A stretch of 64,000 bases of DNA from Patellaria atrata CBS 101060. Taxonomy: Eukaryota. Shown in pieces: positions 61,064-64,000 of this stretch; positions within the stretch are counted from its first letter, which is position 1; the number at the start of each line of letters is the position of its first letter. Position numbers and translations under genes: made by a program. The stretch spans positions 620,001 to 684,000 of the forward strand of contig MU006099.1 of the NCBI GenBank assembly GCA_010093705.1, in the 5' to 3' direction. The notes under the pieces were generated by a model. The model was not told the origin of the DNA. It saw only the letters and a list, made by a program, of their open reading frames with translations, and searched no databases.

Positions 61064-62776
61064 ATGAAAGTGAGCTTGCATGCCTTGCACTCCGCTTCAA
61101 GAGCGCGAGTGTTCAATGGTACAATCAGATACAACCTGAGCTGTTCTCTCGTTAATCGACGTTCTCTGGTCTCTGCTGCGGATCTGCAATTCGGTCAGCC
61201 ATTGCATGAAACACATCCTCATCTGCTGAAACGAGGCGAAGGTCAGTTCAGTCTGTCACCTTGGGCTACAATGTAGAGGTTTATAAAGCTCCAGTGACAC
61301 CCGGTATTACCGCCCAAGAATATGCAGACCGACGTTCGAACCTTGCGAAGGCCCTTCCCAAAAACTCCATAGCCGTGCTAGCAGCTTCAGAGCTCAAATA
61401 TCGATCTGGGGCCGTATTCTATGAGTTCCACCAGGATCCCGATTTCTTTTACCTTACGGGTGTGGATATGTGATACCTTCACGGTAAACAATGCTGAGAT
61501 TGTTTTGTAGGTTTCAATGAGCCGGAAGCATTAGCTATCATCGGTATGCAGGCATGACGGTCTAGTATTATGAATGGGATCGCGCTGATTATTTTTAGAG
61601 AAGACTGGATCAGATAGTGAGTATAGCTTCCACCTCTACGTACGGCCAAAAGATCCGAAGGCAGAGCTCTGGGATGGAGCACGCTCAGGAGTACAAGCTG
61701 CGCAAGATGTGTTTAATGCGGACGAGGTACAAATTAATAACGGGATTACGATGGATCAACGAGCTGAACTGATTTAGGTAGGAGATATCAACGTCAGCGA
61801 TAAGATCATACCAGAAATTGTCAATTCCTCGAAAACAGTTTACACGGACTTGCCCAACACCTTACGCTCTAATTCCTTCTTCGCTGAATACTTCAGCGGT
61901 GCCTCGAAATTCGGACGGGAAGGATTTGGCTCCGTGCTCGCAAACGCAACCTCCACAACCGTAAAACCCCTCCGTCCTCTCATGAACGACCTTCGCATCA
62001 TCAAAAGCGCTGCAGAAATCGCAAACATGCGAAAAGCTGGGCAAGCTTCTGGTCGTAGCATTAGCGAAGCTATGCGTAGCGTCTTCGCTACGGAGCGTGA
62101 GCTAGCTGCGTTCTTGGCCTACAAATTTACAATGCACGGTTGCGATGGTCAGGCGTATGTTCCTGTGGTTGCAGGTGGCAAAAACTCGCTGAGCATCCAT
62201 TATGTGCGGAACGATGATGTTTTGACCGAGGGGGAACTCGTTTTGGTGGACGCTGGAGGTGAGTACGGAGGGTACATCACAGATATCACGCGGACATGGC
62301 CTGTGAACGGCAAGTTTAGCCCCGCGCAACACGATCTGTATCAAGTAATCTTAGACGTACAGAGGACATGCGTAGCACTTTGCCGTGAGAGTGCACACAT
62401 GTCGCTCGATGGACTTCACAAGGTTGCAGAAAAGGGGCTCCGTGACGCTCTGTCCGGACTGGGTTTTGACATGTCTGGAAATGCTCTTGAGACTCTCTTC
62501 CCTCACCATTTGGGTCACTACATCGGCCTCGACGTCCACGACGCTCCAGGCTACTCTCGCCGCGGCAACCTGAAAGATGGCATGTGTATCACCATCGAAC
62601 CTGGTATCTACGTCCCCGACTCAGACCGCTGGCCTGAAGCCTTCCGTGGCATAGGCATCAGGATCGAGGATAGCGTATGTGTGCAGGCGGAGCATCCGTT
62701 AGTATTGACGACGGAGGCAGTTAAGGAGGTTGTGGATATTGAAGCCCAGCATTCGTTGTTTGGACAGGGGCATTAA
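61064..62776 (+). CDS. ICP55: Mitochondrial intermediate cleaving peptidase 55 (M24B Xaa-Pro aminopeptidase)
   Basis: Presequence-like N-terminus, FGQPLHETHPHLL..GE|VTPGIT, FFYLTG, LVDAGGE, DITRTWP, HHLGHYIGLDVHD, TIEPG and IRIED. Four introns. Confidence 0.92.
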
Positions 62777-63240
62777 GAGGACAACCCAGGAGAATGTAGA
62801 AGTAAATTGGATCAACCGCATTTTTTCGAAAGTGAAAAGTCGTGTTGTGTTCCGAAGGGATAATTAGTGAACTGGAATCGACATGCGTAACATGGTTCAA
62901 CGCAAAAGAGGAGCCGGATAGTAAGGGTCATTCGGAAGAGAATCTCTTTACTCCATTCCATGCTTATTTATGTAACTACGAAAGGAATAGGATGTGGAGC
63001 ACGATGTACAAAAACGATTGTATTATATGCATCGTTATATGCTATATCCATTAACAGTAAATGAACGGACCTGCAGGATTTTCTACTTTTGATTCTCAAT
63101 ATGCATCTGTTGCTCATTTCCTGTTTCTCCCTATCCTCGGCCCGTTACTACCTTTACTATTAGCCATCATTACTCACAGTTCTTTCTCTACGAGTAAGAC
63201 AGCACACAGGGATAACCATACAATAACACACGCCTTGGCT

Positions 63241-63783
63241 GTACTGCATCCATACTCACTCCACCCAAAACGGTACTCCACTTGAATCAGTTACCTAGAA
63301 AGTGAAGAGATTGGGTATGAGATATGACGTGGGCGCCATATAAACCGGGACTCTATATTCTCTCTCCCCGGTTTAGGAAGAGGATGATGTAGGTTCGACT
63401 GTGCCGTCGCTATTCGTTCGTCATCCCTCCAATGCTCTAGTAGAGTGTATAGATTGACCAGAGTACGAAATGTGCTGATCGACGAGATGGTCTAATCGTA
63501 AATAATGAAATGTCTGTAATGGAAATGAGAATTGTACTAAAAGATCGGACAGTACGCGGGCAACGTACTGTGCAGATGGAACGGCTTGTACCAGAAGAGT
63601 GTACACTGTGCGTGAAGTTGGAGGTTTAAGGTGCAAAGGGTACAAAGGGTACAAAGTAGTAAGCCTGCATACGGTAGGAAATTCTACCTCACAAAAGAAG
63701 CAGACTATAGGGAAGGAGTAGAGTTGTACGAAACGGGAGAATTAGATTGAATTATGGTTGCTTTATAGGAGGGTTGATGGTAC
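63241..63783. repeat. GTAC-dense intergenic island
   Basis: About 12 GTAC counted in about 545 bp downstream of ICP55. Confidence 0.65.
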
Positions 63784-64000
63784 CGAAGGGCATAGTGGAC
63801 GAAAGGTTTAGACTAATCAATGGGCCGACCTATACCGCCGATAACGAATGTAGGCGCGGAAGGGCGTCATTAAGAGACGTCCTAACTGCGAAAATACGAG
63901 ACCCCTCGAAGAATTGAGAAGGAGTGACTCATGACACAGGGAAGGTGGGGAGCGGCTATCGCGGTATTCAGACCAATGAAGGTATTGTAAGCACCTTCCT

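Overview
This is eukaryotic, gene-dense DNA from a filamentous ascomycete (Pezizomycotina; Eurotiomycete-like proteins, by inference), with short GT-AG introns and CTRAY branch points. It holds about 21 intact protein-coding genes: Ctr86/ataxin-10 (cut by the left edge), a DAL5-family MFS transporter divergent from an intronless Gfo/Idh/MocA oxidoreductase, a Yap1/AP-1 bZIP, a SNF2 helicase, a C3HC/NIPA-like protein, MET22, MRPL6, KAR5/Tht1, an F-box-like orphan, a phosphoglycerate-mutase-family protein, a Ppc89-like SPB protein, a HET-domain protein, an SDR, URI/Bud27, TFB3/MAT1, PAN2, PCK1, an AtrF-like PDR ABC transporter, a SIRT5-type sirtuin and ICP55. There is also one doubly frameshifted pseudogene. 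I found no tRNA, rRNA, CRISPR array or intact transposon. The most notable unexplained signals are: (1) 0.5-0.7 kb GTAC-dense islands downstream of genes, often next to a C-rich to G-rich switch in the gene's 3' end; (2) a 273-nt, in-frame, stop-free, self-complementary PCK1 intron with a second branch point and acceptor; (3) hidden N-terminal targeting extensions on MET22 (non-AUG) and the sirtuin (microexon); (4) an HMG-box-like insert in Ctr86; (5) an in-frame intron inside the Yap1 redox domain. Exon boundaries and counts were read by eye, and family calls come from motif recognition, not database searches.
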